From positions 38,316,001 through 38,380,000 of the forward strand of contig CM114271.1 of the NCBI GenBank assembly GCA_050084515.1: a DNA stretch of 64,000 bases. Direction: 5' to 3'. Below, piece by piece: positions 1-12,685 of the stretch (the first letter of the stretch is position 1; each line of letters starts with the position of its first letter). Position numbers and translations under genes: made by a program. Source of the stretch: Blasia pusilla (Eukaryota). A model generated the notes under the pieces. That model ran no database searches, was not told the origin of the DNA, and saw only the letters and a program-made list of their open reading frames with translations.

Positions 1-973
1 CTTCTCGAAGTGGATCGAGTCGGTTGCATTGCCTGACAAAGCGAGTGAGGGAGTAGCTTATGCCTTCCTTGATAGGGTGCTGAGTCATTATGGTGCAACG
101 GCTGAGGTGTTGACAGACCAGAGTATCGAGTTTCACGGTGAGTTCCATACCTTGTGTGATCAGGCATTGATCGACCACTGTACAACTTTGCGAGATCATC
201 CTGAGGCGGATGGATTAGCAGAGAGAGTTGTGCAGACGATGAACAGGGGTTTACGCAAGTATGGCTTGCAGAGAGGTCACCTAAGAGATTGGGACCTCCA
301 GTTGCCATGGTTGGCGATGGGATACAGATTCAGTAGGCAGGCATCCTTAGCGTCTTTTTCACCGTACTTGCTACTTTATGGCCAAGAGCCAGATTTACCT
401 GCGGCCATTAGTCGAGATGCTGATGAGGTGCCGGACCTTGATGACCCAGATGTATGGATGCGAGCATGTTCTTAGAGGGCTGAGTTGTTTTGGAGAATGA
501 TGCCCATGGCGTTCGAGAACTTGGCAATTGTGTAGCATCGGGATACGTTGAGGTATGCGACTATTCGGGATGGTGGTTATCGACCAACTATCTGGAGGTT
601 TCATCAAGGAGATTATGTCTACTTGCAGCAGACGGCACCGATGACGTTGGATGTGAGTGCAAGGCGCACTATCCTAAGAGTGCGTGATGTTTTGCCATTT
701 GGTGTTCTCTTGCTGGAGGGACGCGATGGTATGGTATGGAAGGACCATATGTGTAATTGTGCACCATGTCACCTTCCTAACATTAATGGCACAGTAGATC
801 TGAGCTCAGCAATAGTTCCTGCACGCTTGCGTTGTATGTTGTGTGGTTTTGCTCGTGGTGCGGCCACAATTCTAGTCTGCGATGGATGTTCGAGAGGTTG
901 GCATATGGCATGTCTGACGCCACCTCACACTAGGGTTCCTCGAGGACGATGGATGTATCCCAGATATACATAG
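1..973 (+). pseudogene. Gypsy integrase C-terminal half plus C4HC3 PHD finger (833-967), with in-frame stops
   Basis: ORFs 29-475 and 548-973 are in the same frame, broken by TAG stops. CMLC..CDGC..H..C..WMYPRY, with the last two Cys apparently mutated TGT>TAT. Confidence 0.88.
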
Positions 974-1159
974 AGGAGATACTAGGTAGGTTTTGATTCC
1001 GAATTTTTCTATGACATGGATGACAGGAAGCGACTAACGATGGGGCCACATGAGCACCCGGCCTTTTTGCTCTTAGTGTCCTAGAGATGTATGTCGTGGT
1101 AGGTAGGGATAGATGGCTATCTGGAGTTAGAGGGACCTAACCACCAACTAGGAGGGCGA

Positions 1160-1282
1160 TTGGAGATATTTTGATACTTCTCCCTGTGTGTATGGATGCC
1201 ATGAGTTAGCATGGGATCGTCTGTGTTTGTGTGTGTGTTCGATGACAGTGATGTATGTTATATAGCGATGTGTATGCGCACA
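1160..1282 (+). repeat. B repeat, copy 1, of element 1
   Basis: ttggagatattttgatacttctc...gatgtgtatgcgcaca recurs at 1801-1907; preceded by the purine tract aggagggcga (1150-1159). Confidence 0.9.
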
Positions 1283-1287
1283 AAAAT

Positions 1288-1800
1288 TGTCATGATTGTT
1301 AGGATAGATTGGTGGGATCTAGCAGAGTGTCTACACGAGTAGTGGAGGACATGCCCAAGAGGTCGACGATGACTTGTTGAGGCCCCGAGAAACCTGAGAG
1401 AGCAGGTTTCCCCTTCGTTTTGGCTCATTTGGAGCCATATAGAGAAACTTACTATTTCGGATAAGTTTCCATATTGGGGATAGTTGACTTTCTACTTTTG
1501 GAAGTGGCACTTGACCCGCTACAGTAGGTCAAGAGCCAAGGAGGTGACCTGCGAGCATAGGTTACCGTTGAGAGGGCTTGGGAGAGGGAAGGGGGTATAC
1601 CTCCAAGAGAGAGAGCTTGAGAGCTCATTCTCTCTTTGTTGAACCTCTCGGCATAAGGCGGCGGAGTTATGGTCCCTTGCCTTGTGAGTGTAACCCAAGC
1701 CTCTCAATAGGAGAGTGGGTTTGGTTTGACATGAGAGAGAGTGCACACCTTTGAGAGCTATGGTGTGAGATGGTATAGAGAGAAATTGGATCTTATTTTA
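1288..1800 (+). repeat. A repeat (LTR-like segment) of element 1
   Basis: Starts TGTCATGA like A of element 2, lies between the two B copies, and is homologous to 25310-25500. Confidence 0.8.
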
Positions 1801-1907
1801 TTGGAGATATTTTGGTACTTCTCGCCTCTGTATATGGATGTTATGAGTTAGCATGGGATCGTTTGTGTTTTTGTGTGTGTTCGATGACAACGATGTGTAT
1901 GCGCACA
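1801..1907 (+). repeat. B repeat, copy 2 (element terminus), of element 1
   Basis: Direct repeat of 1160-1282 with a short internal deletion; ends in CA. Confidence 0.9.
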
Positions 1908-1909
1908 AC

Positions 1910-4900
1910 AACTCCATAGTGTTGCAGGTTGAGCAGATGTGTTGTAGGCTAGAATAATTGCAAATAAACGGTGCAGTGCAGAACCTATACGGATCATAAA
2001 AGCTTCTTGAAAGCAAGAGAACACTTCCCTATTATCCTCAAGAAGTCCCAATTCAATAGCAGCCTCCTTGAATATTGGACATAATATTCCATTGACAGTT
2101 CTCAAGCATTCGTATGTGGTTGCTCCTCGAACATGATGGAGGAGTAATCTCAACCAATGACATTCTCCTTCACCTATGAAGAAGTGAAATAAATCAGCTC
2201 ATCCCAATATATAAATACATTACTTTAGATAGTGGCACACAAAAGCAAATGTACTAAAAAAACTTCAAAGTATTCATTTGGATGAGTAAGGTATAAGCGG
2301 CTAATAGGATGGCCACAACCGAAGGAAAATCTCTATATAGATATTATGGAGCAGTCGAGTCACATAGATTGGTTGCAAACCATTCTGTCAAAGTCGTCTC
2401 TCTATTTACTTGTAGAACATCTTGAGGAGCGTCAACATCGTTGAAGTAGACTATTTGCTACTCTGGAAGATGAATTGCTAATCGCACAATACTTGGAAGT
2501 TCAGTATGTATGCTAAACTTAAAGAGTCGCCAACATGCCTCTGAAGAAGAAATATATCTGGAAAAATAATAATTCCAAGTGTTGAAGTAAGGAGAATGAA
2601 GTAATGTTGGAAAATAAAATATAATGCATATCAATCAATTAGCAAAATCATACCCTATATCAAGATATGACGTCGTCTCGTCAACGACGTCGATTGCGTT
2701 GGATGTATCCATATCCTTTGACAACTTAAATGACACAGCATCAGATCCCTTACATACGTATTTGTATAAGTACTTCACAGCAGAAACCATACTTATGATC
2801 TCCAAATTAATGTGACAATCAAAGAGCATGCACAACAAAGGATTGTAGGGCACAACCCAACGATTATCCAACGAATGTTCACGCTTAACTATCGCCCTCC
2901 CATTCTCCAATCTACAAAAACACAATGACATATCAAGACCTCATTACATTGGCGTCATGTGCTATACAATAATAAAGATAAGCCGTGATGAAAAGATCCT
3001 TACATACGATAGATCGGTTATCCATCTTCTGTCTCAATAGTACTGGCCGCAAAAGGTTTGGGATAATCTTTTGTACACTTTTTTGTTTCCTTATCCATAC
3101 ATGGTGCATTTGGATTTAATGCTCCACATGGATCGTGAAGCATGAAATTAGCAACAATAGAATGTAACCTTGGATGGGTAGATTTTTCAGGGATTTGAGC
3201 CAAAATAATATTATCATAAGCATAAGTGGTACGTGGTTTATCCTCACGCCCTAAAATAATAAGCATGTGCACATGCGGCGGACCTCTTTTTTGGAATTCC
3301 ACCACATGGATGCATCCTACAACTTGACCCAATATTTGCTTGTCAATGATAAGTCGTAAAAAATCCTTTTTTTTCTTCTCAAAAACTCGTACAAGTAAAT
3401 CTGGTCGATCTGCAACTGATTGACCAAGTAATAAGGCTAAGGTAATCTCCTCCAACTTAGGATTGCATGTCATGGTCAAAAAGTAGTCAAGTTTTCCCAA
3501 ATGTCTTACAATCGCCATTGCATCCTAATAACATTGATGTATATGACGTAATCCTCCAGTAAAAGAAGAAAGTAATACAATGCGTCCCCCAAACCTTCAA
3601 CTATCCACATCATATCGATGCATGGCATCCTTAACACCTTGGTATAATTCAGCCCTTAATTCTTTTGATTCAAATGAACCCATGATAATCGTTGCATTTC
3701 TAAAGTGGCATAGAGGTCAAACATATATTCTTGAGTAAGTTGAACGAACCGCAATTACCGATTGTCATCTTCCCCTCCAATCCGCGTTTGAAGTCGAAAA
3801 CATGCAAATTTCAAGGCCGTTACACTCTGTGTTCTTCTTTCCTCAATAGCATCACCATCAACTCTCTCGCCATCTATGCCTTCATCTGAATGTTCAATGT
3901 GTCCCTCTTCCCCATGAATAACATGGTCCGATTGTTGGCATCCAAAACTCTTCAACGGTATCCCAAGATGCCAACCTGCTTCACTGTAGATAAATAATAA
4001 AACAAAGTGTAATAGAATATATGCTTCATTGAGGTCAGATACACGCTTCACTCCTCCTCCATGCAATTGTACAATTATATCACGATGGTCAATGTGTTCA
4101 CTTCCATCGCGCAGCAAAATAGCATCAACCTCATAAGTAGTTGGTAAGTTATAACGCTTCACATCCATACCTCTCTTACTTGCCTTGAGAATGATCCGTA
4201 TATTCAGATCACTTGCTTCATACTCCATATGACGAAAGATCTTCACATATAGATTGCATTGATGCAACATGTCTTGCAGCCCTTTCAAGATGTCTATGTT
4301 AAGATCAGAAGATCTAAACATAACTCTTCCTTGATTCTCCGATTCATTCACAGTATCATGACTGTAGAGTTAAGAAAATTGGGGATGGCCCCCTATATCA
4401 AGATGTAAAGGTTCAATAGAATGATAGATGTCGCCTTGGACCCTAAAGTGTCAAGTACCACCAATTTTTTCATTTACATGCACTCAAGTAGATGCAAGTT
4501 GAAGTGCAGAATTGTAAGCTTCAACATGTGTAAGAAGATGAAGACTTCTAGGACCAACACTGGAAATCAACATTTTTAGAAATGGAGGAGACGATTTCAA
4601 GAGGGGTAATTGTGTTCTCCCATGGCCACAACACATGCCATATGGTGAATCATTAAACTTATAACCTTTGACCTTTTCACATTTCCAATGCAAGGCACGA
4701 CATGACGGGGATATCTCTATCATAGAACCCAATGTATGACGACCGCTAGTACGATTCAAACTCCTTTGTAATCGCAACTTCCTAATATCACTTTCTTGGA
4801 AGTTTGGTCTCCTTGCAAGATTGACAAATGTATTTACTCTAACAACCCTATGAATAGTAGATAACGGGCGAATTGTAGAAGCATTTGGTATAGTGAACTT

Positions 4901-5500
4901 TGAGGAGGTAACACAACTCCACTAACGGTAGAAGACACATCCCCAACATGGGGAAGAGTCCAAGAATTGTCGACGATATCATGTTCACCCTCATTAGGAA
5001 GAGTGGTGGATAACTCAACTCGTGGTGTTACATGAGTATTTGGCCCGATTGTGGATGAATTCTCGATAGCTTCATACAGTCCACAATTAGGTAACTCAAG
5101 TCTTGGCAAAATATAAATGTCCTTTGTGGATTGAAGATGGGCTTCTTGATTTTCTCCCACCATTACTCCATCCTCAATGGAAGGCATGGGTAAACATGAA
5201 CATATTTAGAAAAATGGGTTTGAGTGAGGATATACATACAAAACAAATATGAACAATCAATGGGTTTGAGTGAGGATATATAAACCTTATGAATTGACTA
5301 TCAATAGTCGGAAGCTCCATAGTTGGAATAGTTGGAATGTTCTCAACTTCAACATGAAGCGGTTTCCTTCTTTTCCTATACTCTCGATAATATGTCCTCT
5401 TTTTTTTCTTTGAGAACTTCCATTTTATGAGCGCGTATAACACCTTTTCATTTTTGGGCTTCGTTGAATACAACCTTCCAAAAATCACATATATCAACAA
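1910..5500 (-). pseudogene. Helitron Rep/Helicase gene: N-terminal and HUH Rep region, intron-containing, decayed; the helicase part is cut off by element 1
   Basis: CCGHG..LP, YNSAL, RYNLPT, TMTCNP, DRPDL..RVF, VEFQKRGPPHVHMLI, DNRWVVPYNP, CHINLE, AVKYLYKYV.KG.D, YISSSEACWRL, LRLLL.HV.GAT..LRTV.G. GT..AG intron at about 2559-2653. Confidence 0.92.
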
Positions 5501-5794
5501 GATTCAAGGGAATCGAAAGTCTGGAACAACACTAGAATTTCAGAACAAAGAAATTTAGATGTCATTATTATAAAGGATGGAAATTTGGACTCAAAAAATG
5601 TTCGCCAATGAATTGAACTTACGTTGGAGATATTTCAAGGAGTGGTTTGTCTTCAATGTTTGTTTGTTGTGCTAAAATTTCCTTACAACGTGTACGCCTT
5701 TTCTGTTGTGCATTCGCACACATCAATTTTCGAAAGTCACGCAAATCTGTAAGATTTGACGGAAGAGGAAGTATGTGCAACAATTAATTCAGGG

Positions 5795-6147
5795 TGTCAT
5801 GACCATCCGGATTATGTCGTAGAGTATAGTGTGCTAGTAGAGGCCATACCTTATGTAGGGCCGTAGTGTCTAGGTAGAAATGCGGTTTCATCCATAGGGT
5901 TGGGGGTTACTCCGTTGAGGGTGACTTTTCCAGTAGGGCCCGCTCTTAGGTTGGAGGACATAGTGTGGAGTGCACTCAAAGAACAATTAGTTCTTTGAGT
6001 TGAGCCTGTTGCGTTGGGAGTTAGCCTTGGTAGTGAGTAGAGCTCTTGGCTATGGTGGTTCCCGCAAGCTTCGACCTGGATTCTCCCATCGTGGAGTGGG
6101 TTTGGCTCGATTGTATATGATTCTATATATTTTTTATGACAGTAGGT
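5795..6147 (+). repeat. A repeat, copy 1 (5' LTR-like) of element 2
   Basis: Direct repeat of 15781-16134, about 21 differences in about 353 bp by hand count. TGTCAT...ATGACA inverted ends (5795-6141). Confidence 0.95.
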
Positions 6148-7700
6148 CTTTCATGGATTTCACTCAAAGAACTAGAGTAGATCGATGGTAGCTTTGATCG
6201 TGGATCAGTAGGATCTCGTTATGGCTGATTGTGTACTCAACCGTGGATGTTTGTGGCTTGTGGCCTATGTTGGAGGTGGGAATCTGGTGCATGGTTGGTT
6301 GGGAAAGAAGTGCCTTGCTAAGAGCTTTCCAACGCGCTTTAGATCGCCGGATTTTGTCAAGGCAGTTTGAAGTTATCAAAGATTGAAGATTCTGGTTCGT
6401 GTTCGACGGTTTTCTGATGTGAAGAGCTTGGACTGCGGAAGCTCTGTTCAAGTTCATCCAGATCGGGTGAGAGGTTCCTATTGCTACCTGTATTGTGATC
6501 TCATGTGAAGCTATCTGCTTGAGTGTGTGGAGCGTTGCGGATTTCTGTGTGCATGAATCTGGGCGGAAGTGTTGTCGGATTTGCGATTTTGGAGGTGTAT
6601 GGACAACAAGTTTGTCTGATTTTTAGCTCGGAGCACAGAGCTCAATTGTAGCTGATATTTTGAGGAGAGATAGCTATGGTGATCAATTGAATTCTGGTAA
6701 AAAAATTTTCAATTTTGGTTGAGGATTTGTGGAGTAATTGCTGATCGAAATTTTGCGGACTAGCTCAAGGTCTAGCTACTATGGACAACAGATCCGAGGG
6801 GCTGGTTGGTTGGTGACTCGTCTGTTGTTGGAGACGCCTATCCCATTGGGGGCGCCCTGGTTGGGCCTCTCTCCATAGAAAAGGATGGCGAAGTGTGGCA
6901 AACGGGGCATGGCTCGAGCATTTCTCGGCGGTTTGAGGCTTCCAGGCTTCCAGGCAACTCGTGGTAGCTCGGAGCGAGTGGGCGTGAGAGATGGAGTAAG
7001 GAGCAAGGAGCAAGGAGCAAGCAAGCAAGCTTGCTTGCTTGGGCGTGAGGCAGTTTTTGCAAGATTTGTGAGTTGAGTGTTGCATTACTGGTCACCCATC
7101 TTTGGGCTATTCTGCCTGGAAGATGCTTAACTACTGAGTTCTTAACTATGCCAATGTACACACATGTGTAGCTCATTTGGTGTTGTTCGGAGATATGTTA
7201 GGCGCTTTATGCATCTCGGGTTTTTGGTTGATGGACCTATAGCGCATAGTACGGTGTAGCCTCTCCATGAAGGTGATATTTTCATGTGCTGCTAGTGCGA
7301 CTAGCACGTCATCGACCAGCGGCGGAGTAGCTATTGCATTAGAATTGTGTGGTGGGTTCTGTGGATTCAGGGGGCACCACGTTTGATGGATTGTGTTACC
7401 TTGATTTCCATTTGCGATTGGAGGGTTGTCGTTGGACTTCTTGTGTTTGGATCCCCTCCATCGTTGCTTCTTGCTTGCGCGCCCATTGTTAGGGTTGACG
7501 CTGATTTCCAGAGTAGTTTTACTCCTGTGTGCTACCGGTAGTGAGGCTAGAGTGATGACCAGTAGACCATGGGAGGCTTCTTGTGGTGATGACATGTTAA
7601 GTTGCCTACACCCATAGCTAGTAGAGCTAGAATAATACAACGACATCGACGTCACTTGGTTACTTAGTGGTGGTGATTTGGTGGTGGTGCGGCATCGGCG

Positions 7701-9300
7701 TTGGTCATCACGGAGCTGGCTGGTGGTCTGGTTGGGGACCGTGGTGCGGACGGTGGTGGTTTTACATGGAGTGGATTGAGGTATCGGCTACCTTTTCCAC
7801 TTCCGACGGTTGACGAAGAGGAGGACGGGGATGTTCCAAACACCGAGTCTTCTACGTTGTTATCGAGTGTTGCAGCTCCATTGATTTGGGACATGGACAA
7901 AATATATAGGGCCATGAAGGGCCCACAACGATACTCGAGTGCAGCGGGCACCATTGAAGTGGAGGACTTCATTCAGGAGTTTGATACGTGGTGTGATATG
8001 CAGATGTTGCGGAACGCCACGTTGTTTACACCCTTCTTGGCTTGGAAGGGGTTGTTTAAGCACTTGGAGGGACCACCCATGGATGATTACCATGAGTTTA
8101 GGAGGGACCATGCTGCTGAGATTGAGGTGTGGAGACAATATTGGTCTCCAGGCTATGTGTCTATCACCCATGGTGGTAGTGGTAGTAGTGCTCTTACTGT
8201 GTCAACCAGCCCGACATTGAGTGGTGCGAGTACGAGCCGGAGTGGGGGTCCTAGTGGAGGTACCAGTGGGGGTACTAGTGGAGGTACTAGTGCTCCACCA
8301 TTCATTCAGCCCGGTTGTAGAGTTCTTCAAGAATTAAGAAGAACTATCAGGGAGTGAAGATAGAGAAGTTGAGGAGTCTTCAGGAATTTGAGCGAAAGAT
8401 TGGTGAGAGTCTTCGTGAGGCATACACTTGTATGTGACGCTTGATTTAAGTTACCCAGGGTGTGAATGAGGCTCAGGCAGTCTAGTTTTGGTATGGGATC
8501 TTGGACAAAGACTTGCGCTGCAGGGTACGTGATGCTACTCTTATGAGTGATGATTCACCCACATTGGCCCATGTGTTTGCTCTATTTGAGAAGATTGAGC
8601 TTAACATGGTGGAGGAGAGAGTGGTGACATCCGCATTCAGTAGGGATACAACTACTACTTCTCGTGTTCAGCAGTCCACCTCACAGTCTCGTAGTAGTGG
8701 TGGTGGTAGTCGTAGTGCAAGTCGTGGGGGGTACATACGACCTCAGTCAAGTCCTAGAGGGACACCTGCGTAGCGACCATTGCCTTCATTTGCTGCCCCT
8801 GCAGCAAGGACAGTCATGTTGGACATGTGGAGGTGATCATGATAGGAGGTTTTGTTCCCAAGAGGATGGGAGACAAACTTTGGAGGATGGGCCTCAGTCG
8901 GCGCCAACTCAGTGTGATCATTGCGGGAGACCAAGTCATCCTCGAGACCGTTGCTTTGATCTTCATCCATATTTGCGATCAGGCCGCGGCCGTGGTGGAG
9001 TAGCTCCAAGAGGCCGAGGTGGCAAGGGTGGTAGAGGTGGACCAGTGGTTGGAGAGCCTACGGTGGCTACCCCTACCACTACAACAGAGTCAGCTATGGC
9101 TTCCAGGATTGAGCAGTTGGTGCAGAGGTTGGCTATTATGGCTGGTATACGGCATAGAGCAGGTTCGGGAGCAGGGGCTTCCACCTCTTATGGAGGGGAT
9201 GATCTCTCTTATATGGCGAGTGCAGCACAGGTTGAGGCATCAACTGCGATTCTGAGAGGAGCCACTGAGGCGTCGAGCCACGTGGTGCTACTGTGGATTT
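7701..9300 (+). pseudogene. gag: capsid-like region, two zinc knuckles, RGG tract; frameshifted
   Basis: VEDFIQEFDTWC; CWTCGGDHDRRFC and CDHCGRPSHPRDRC knuckles; RSGRGRGG..RGRGGKGGRGG. Confidence 0.8.
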
Positions 9301-9759
9301 GGACCCATAGAGGGGTGAGGCTGGGAAGCAGGCTAGGCTTCCCCAGTCATTCTTGTTGTCTGAGGTGCTTAGGACTCCATCCATGGTTCCTACGCAACCT
9401 ATTGAGCCTACAGTGGGGACTGAGGCATCTACATCGCGTGTAGTAGACACGGATGTAGCATCCAGTGTAGTATTATGGATGGCAACTTCAGTGTTGGGAT
9501 CCCCATTGTTTTCAGCCACTGAGTTGATGGCCTTAGGAGTTGACTTAGCTCATGTATTTCAGCTAGCAGCCACGTTGTGTGAACGTGGGAGTGTTACTGC
9601 TACACGTGTTGAGGTGGATGAGGGTGTTACGGTGGAGCGACCCTCTATGTTAGGTGTAGCATTGAGTACTAGTGCTACTTGGCATGCATCAGCGGTGAAG
9701 ATGGAGGCATTACCAGCTAGACCAGCCATTGATCGTGAGAGGCTTACACCTGGTGTATG

Positions 9760-10150
9760 TATGTTGGACAACCGCAGTGGGATATTCCGATTGGTGAGTC
9801 CTACAGGACAGGTGTATAGACCAGATAGAGTCTTGTTAGACTCTGGTGCACAACCTTTGATGTTGGGAAAGGCGGCATGTATTGGTTTGGGTATTCGGAG
9901 GTCAAAGCTTAAGCCTTGCCCATTCTAGATTCAAACATCACTTGGAGGAGCCAATGATAGGTCTCAATTCATGACGCGGGAGAAGTTGTCTGTACATTTG
10001 AGATCGGATCATGCGACTGATAGCTCTTGGTTGGGAGTACTTGTAGTGGTCACATCAGCCGAGTTGTATGATGTACTAGTTGGAGGAGCAGTATTATACC
10101 CGATGGGTTTTCAGATGGACTACTGGACTGAGATAGCGTCTTATAGATCT
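9760..10150 (+). pseudogene. Retropepsin-type aspartic protease
   Basis: VLLDSGAQ catalytic motif and downstream YDVLVGG..L motif. Confidence 0.85.
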
Positions 10151-10566
10151 GGTTGGCAGTCCGGGGATGGACTTATGAGCAAGGTTCCTGTGAGGTGTAT
10201 TTATGGGCTCGACTAGGAGGGTCTTCCCCAACAATGTTAGCATCCGTGGCTCGTTTTAGTGCAATAGTCACTTGGCTAGGAGACTTTTTGGAGGGTAATC
10301 TTTCTGCTATGGATTCTCCTGTGCATGAGGAGGTAGAGGAGGTCCCTATTTTTGCAGTAGTGGCATCCTCATCGTTGGATGTCCCACTTTGGAGTTCAAG
10401 CGGTTCACTACGGCAGGAGGCTGATCGCCTAGTGCAGGAGGCTTGGTGTGAGGCCATTATACCTCACGAGGAAGAGGAGGCCCCACGGCGGACTCCTACT
10501 TCTGGTCCAATTGGGTTATCCCCTCTGGATACTACACCCATTGTATGGCAGTATCCGCCGGAGGGC

Positions 10567-11502
10567 ATTTGTGTGTTAGATCTCTTTGGTGGGATTAGCA
10601 TTGGTTTGGCTGCAGTATTGCAGGCCGGTATTCTTGTGCGGAGATATGTGTATGTGGAGTGAGATGAGACGGCCCAGAGAGTCTCATCCCGACATATTGG
10701 TCAGTTGATGCGGAGATATCTTGAGTTGTTGCCACCATCAGCTATTCGTGGGTACCCGCGTGCTTTGCCGTCACACATTGCATTGTTGGGGGCGTAGGAC
10801 CTTGAGAGGGTTGGTCCTATGGATTTGGTGATTTCTAGATGGCCATGTCAGGGTCATAGACCTGTTGGTCGTAGTGAGGGATTACCCGACCCTAGGTCTC
10901 AATTGTTTTGGGAGATGTTACGGGTGTTACGACATCTTCAGGTTCATCAGGTACGTGCTCCAGCTTACATTCTGGAGAATGTTCCATTGTTGGGTGACAC
11001 TCAGACCCGGATGATGGCGAGTGTTCATGAGATGCGGTCTTGGATTGGACCAATGGTGTTGTTGGATGTAGCGCGAGTTGGCTCGCGTGCACATCGTCCA
11101 CGCTTGTGGTGGACAAACTTGTTGCCTAGGGAGGTTCTACGTCGAGCATATGATGTAGTGCAATGGGATCCTTGCCTTGTAGTGGATAGTATCTTGGATA
11201 CTGGGCAACTTCCTCAAGTGGTGAGGGTTATAGATCGGTCATCCATGGCAGTGGTGAACCGTGTGGGCCAGCCTAGGATGGCACTACCCATATTTGTGAG
11301 TTTTCCCTCATCACATGCCTACAAGGAAGGTGGTCCTGGGCTTGTATGGGATTCTCATGTGCGACAGTTGGTGGAGCCTAACGCTGATGAGAGAGAGCGT
11401 GCAATAGGATTTGCTATTGGTGTGACAGCGGTTGCTTCCATTTATGAGGCTTCACAACGTCATGTGTTGTGTCAGGCCATGGACCTGAATTGTTTGACCT
11501 AG
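10567..11502 (+). pseudogene. C5 cytosine DNA methyltransferase domain (DNMT3-like) inside the pol polyprotein, two internal stops
   Basis: One reading frame with motifs in order: I VLDLFGGI, II YVYVE, IV GPMDLVISRWPCQG, RSQLFWEMLRVL, VI YILENV, VIII LDVARVGSRAHRPRLWWTNL, IX ERERAIGF...T, X QRHVLCQAMD. Confidence 0.9.
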
Positions 11503-11889
11503 ATTTTGAGTCTTGGTATGGCCGAGCAACGTTGACTTTGCACTATGTCTATGGGTCTTCCACCCCTTGTGATGAGCTTGATGGCTACCGGGACGGTAGA
11601 GACATCGATTGGGAGCGAAGAGAATAGTATTTTGCATCCTTGGAGTAAATGGGATGTAATGGCTGGGCATGTGGAGTTGGTTGCTCATGCTGGTGGAGGA
11701 GTTATTTTCTCAGATGATGGTGTAGCTAAGGATGTATCATGTTGTGAGGGGGTTGCATAGCACCCAATGGCGTCGTCCTCTCCCTCTAGTGTGCCAATGG
11801 AGGAGACTTGGGAGCCATTACTTGGGCCCAAGCTTACGGGAGGTGAGAAACGACGCTTGACACAGTTCCTACTTGCTTATAGTAGTTGT

Positions 11890-12685
11890 TTTGCCTTTGC
11901 ATGAAGGAGTTGGGTGCTTTGGTTGGACCCGGTATACGGATTCCTTTGGCTAGTGATACGCCAATCTTCCTTCGTCCCTACCGATATAGTGATATGGAGA
12001 AGGACCTGATTCAGAGTAGGACGTTGGACCTTTTGGAGGCTGGACTAGTGGAGTTGTCGCATGGAGAGTATGCATGAGCCACGGTCATGCCTACTAAAAA
12101 GGATGTGCATGGCAACTACACGGATAGGCGGATGTGTGGAGATTACCATCCTATCAATCGGTAGACCAAGGCCGATATGTATGCCATGCCTACACCTCTT
12201 GAGATCTTTGATGTGGTGGGACAGGCAAAGATTTTTAGTACTTTGGATCTTCGGGCAGGATACCATCAGTTGCCGATTCGAGAGAGTGACAAGGCCAAGA
12301 CAGCATTTTGGGGTGTCAACTCTCATGGCAAGGATTTTTTGTACCAGTGGAAATTCTTACCCTTTGGGTTGAAGAATGCACCTGCCGAGTTTCAGAGAGT
12401 GATGGACATGATCCTAGCAGGGTTGGATTTTGTTCGGTGTTTCATTGATGATATCTTGGTGTTCAGTAATATGGTGGAGGAGCATCAGATACATTTGCAT
12501 ATTATGTTTGAGCGGTTGAAATCTCATGGTCTAGGTTTGCATCCAGGAAAGTGTAAGTTCTTCCATGAGGATGTTGAGTACTTGGGTCATGTGATCTATC
12601 CAGATGGTTTGGGAGTTCAGCAAGCAAAGGTGGAGGCTATTGCACTTTTTTCTCGTCCGGTAGATGTGAGTAGAGTTCGGGCATT
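11890..12685 (+). pseudogene. Gypsy-type reverse transcriptase
   Basis: PYRYS, RMCGDY, FSTLDLRAGYHQ, KTAF, LPFGLKNAPAEFQR, FIDDILVFS, KCKF..EYLGH. Confidence 0.95.

Larger units (their letters stand above)
1..1907 (+). mobile_element. 3' portion of a Ty3/Gypsy-type retrotransposon (element 1): integrase core, PHD finger, purine tract, then B-A-B terminal repeats; 5' part lies outside the window
   Basis: Integrase motifs LTDQ and DGLAERVV are colinear with 14530-15500 of element 2. Shares 3' UTR motifs (actaacgatggggc, ggagttagagggacctaa) with element 2. Ends ...gcgcaCA at 1907, where Helitron sequence resumes. Confidence 0.9.

Noticed and set aside
10567-11502. Host DNMT3 gene or bacterial restriction-modification contamination
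   Set aside because: Intronless, colinear with pol, same decay pattern as the flanking domains, and inside TSD-bounded element ends.
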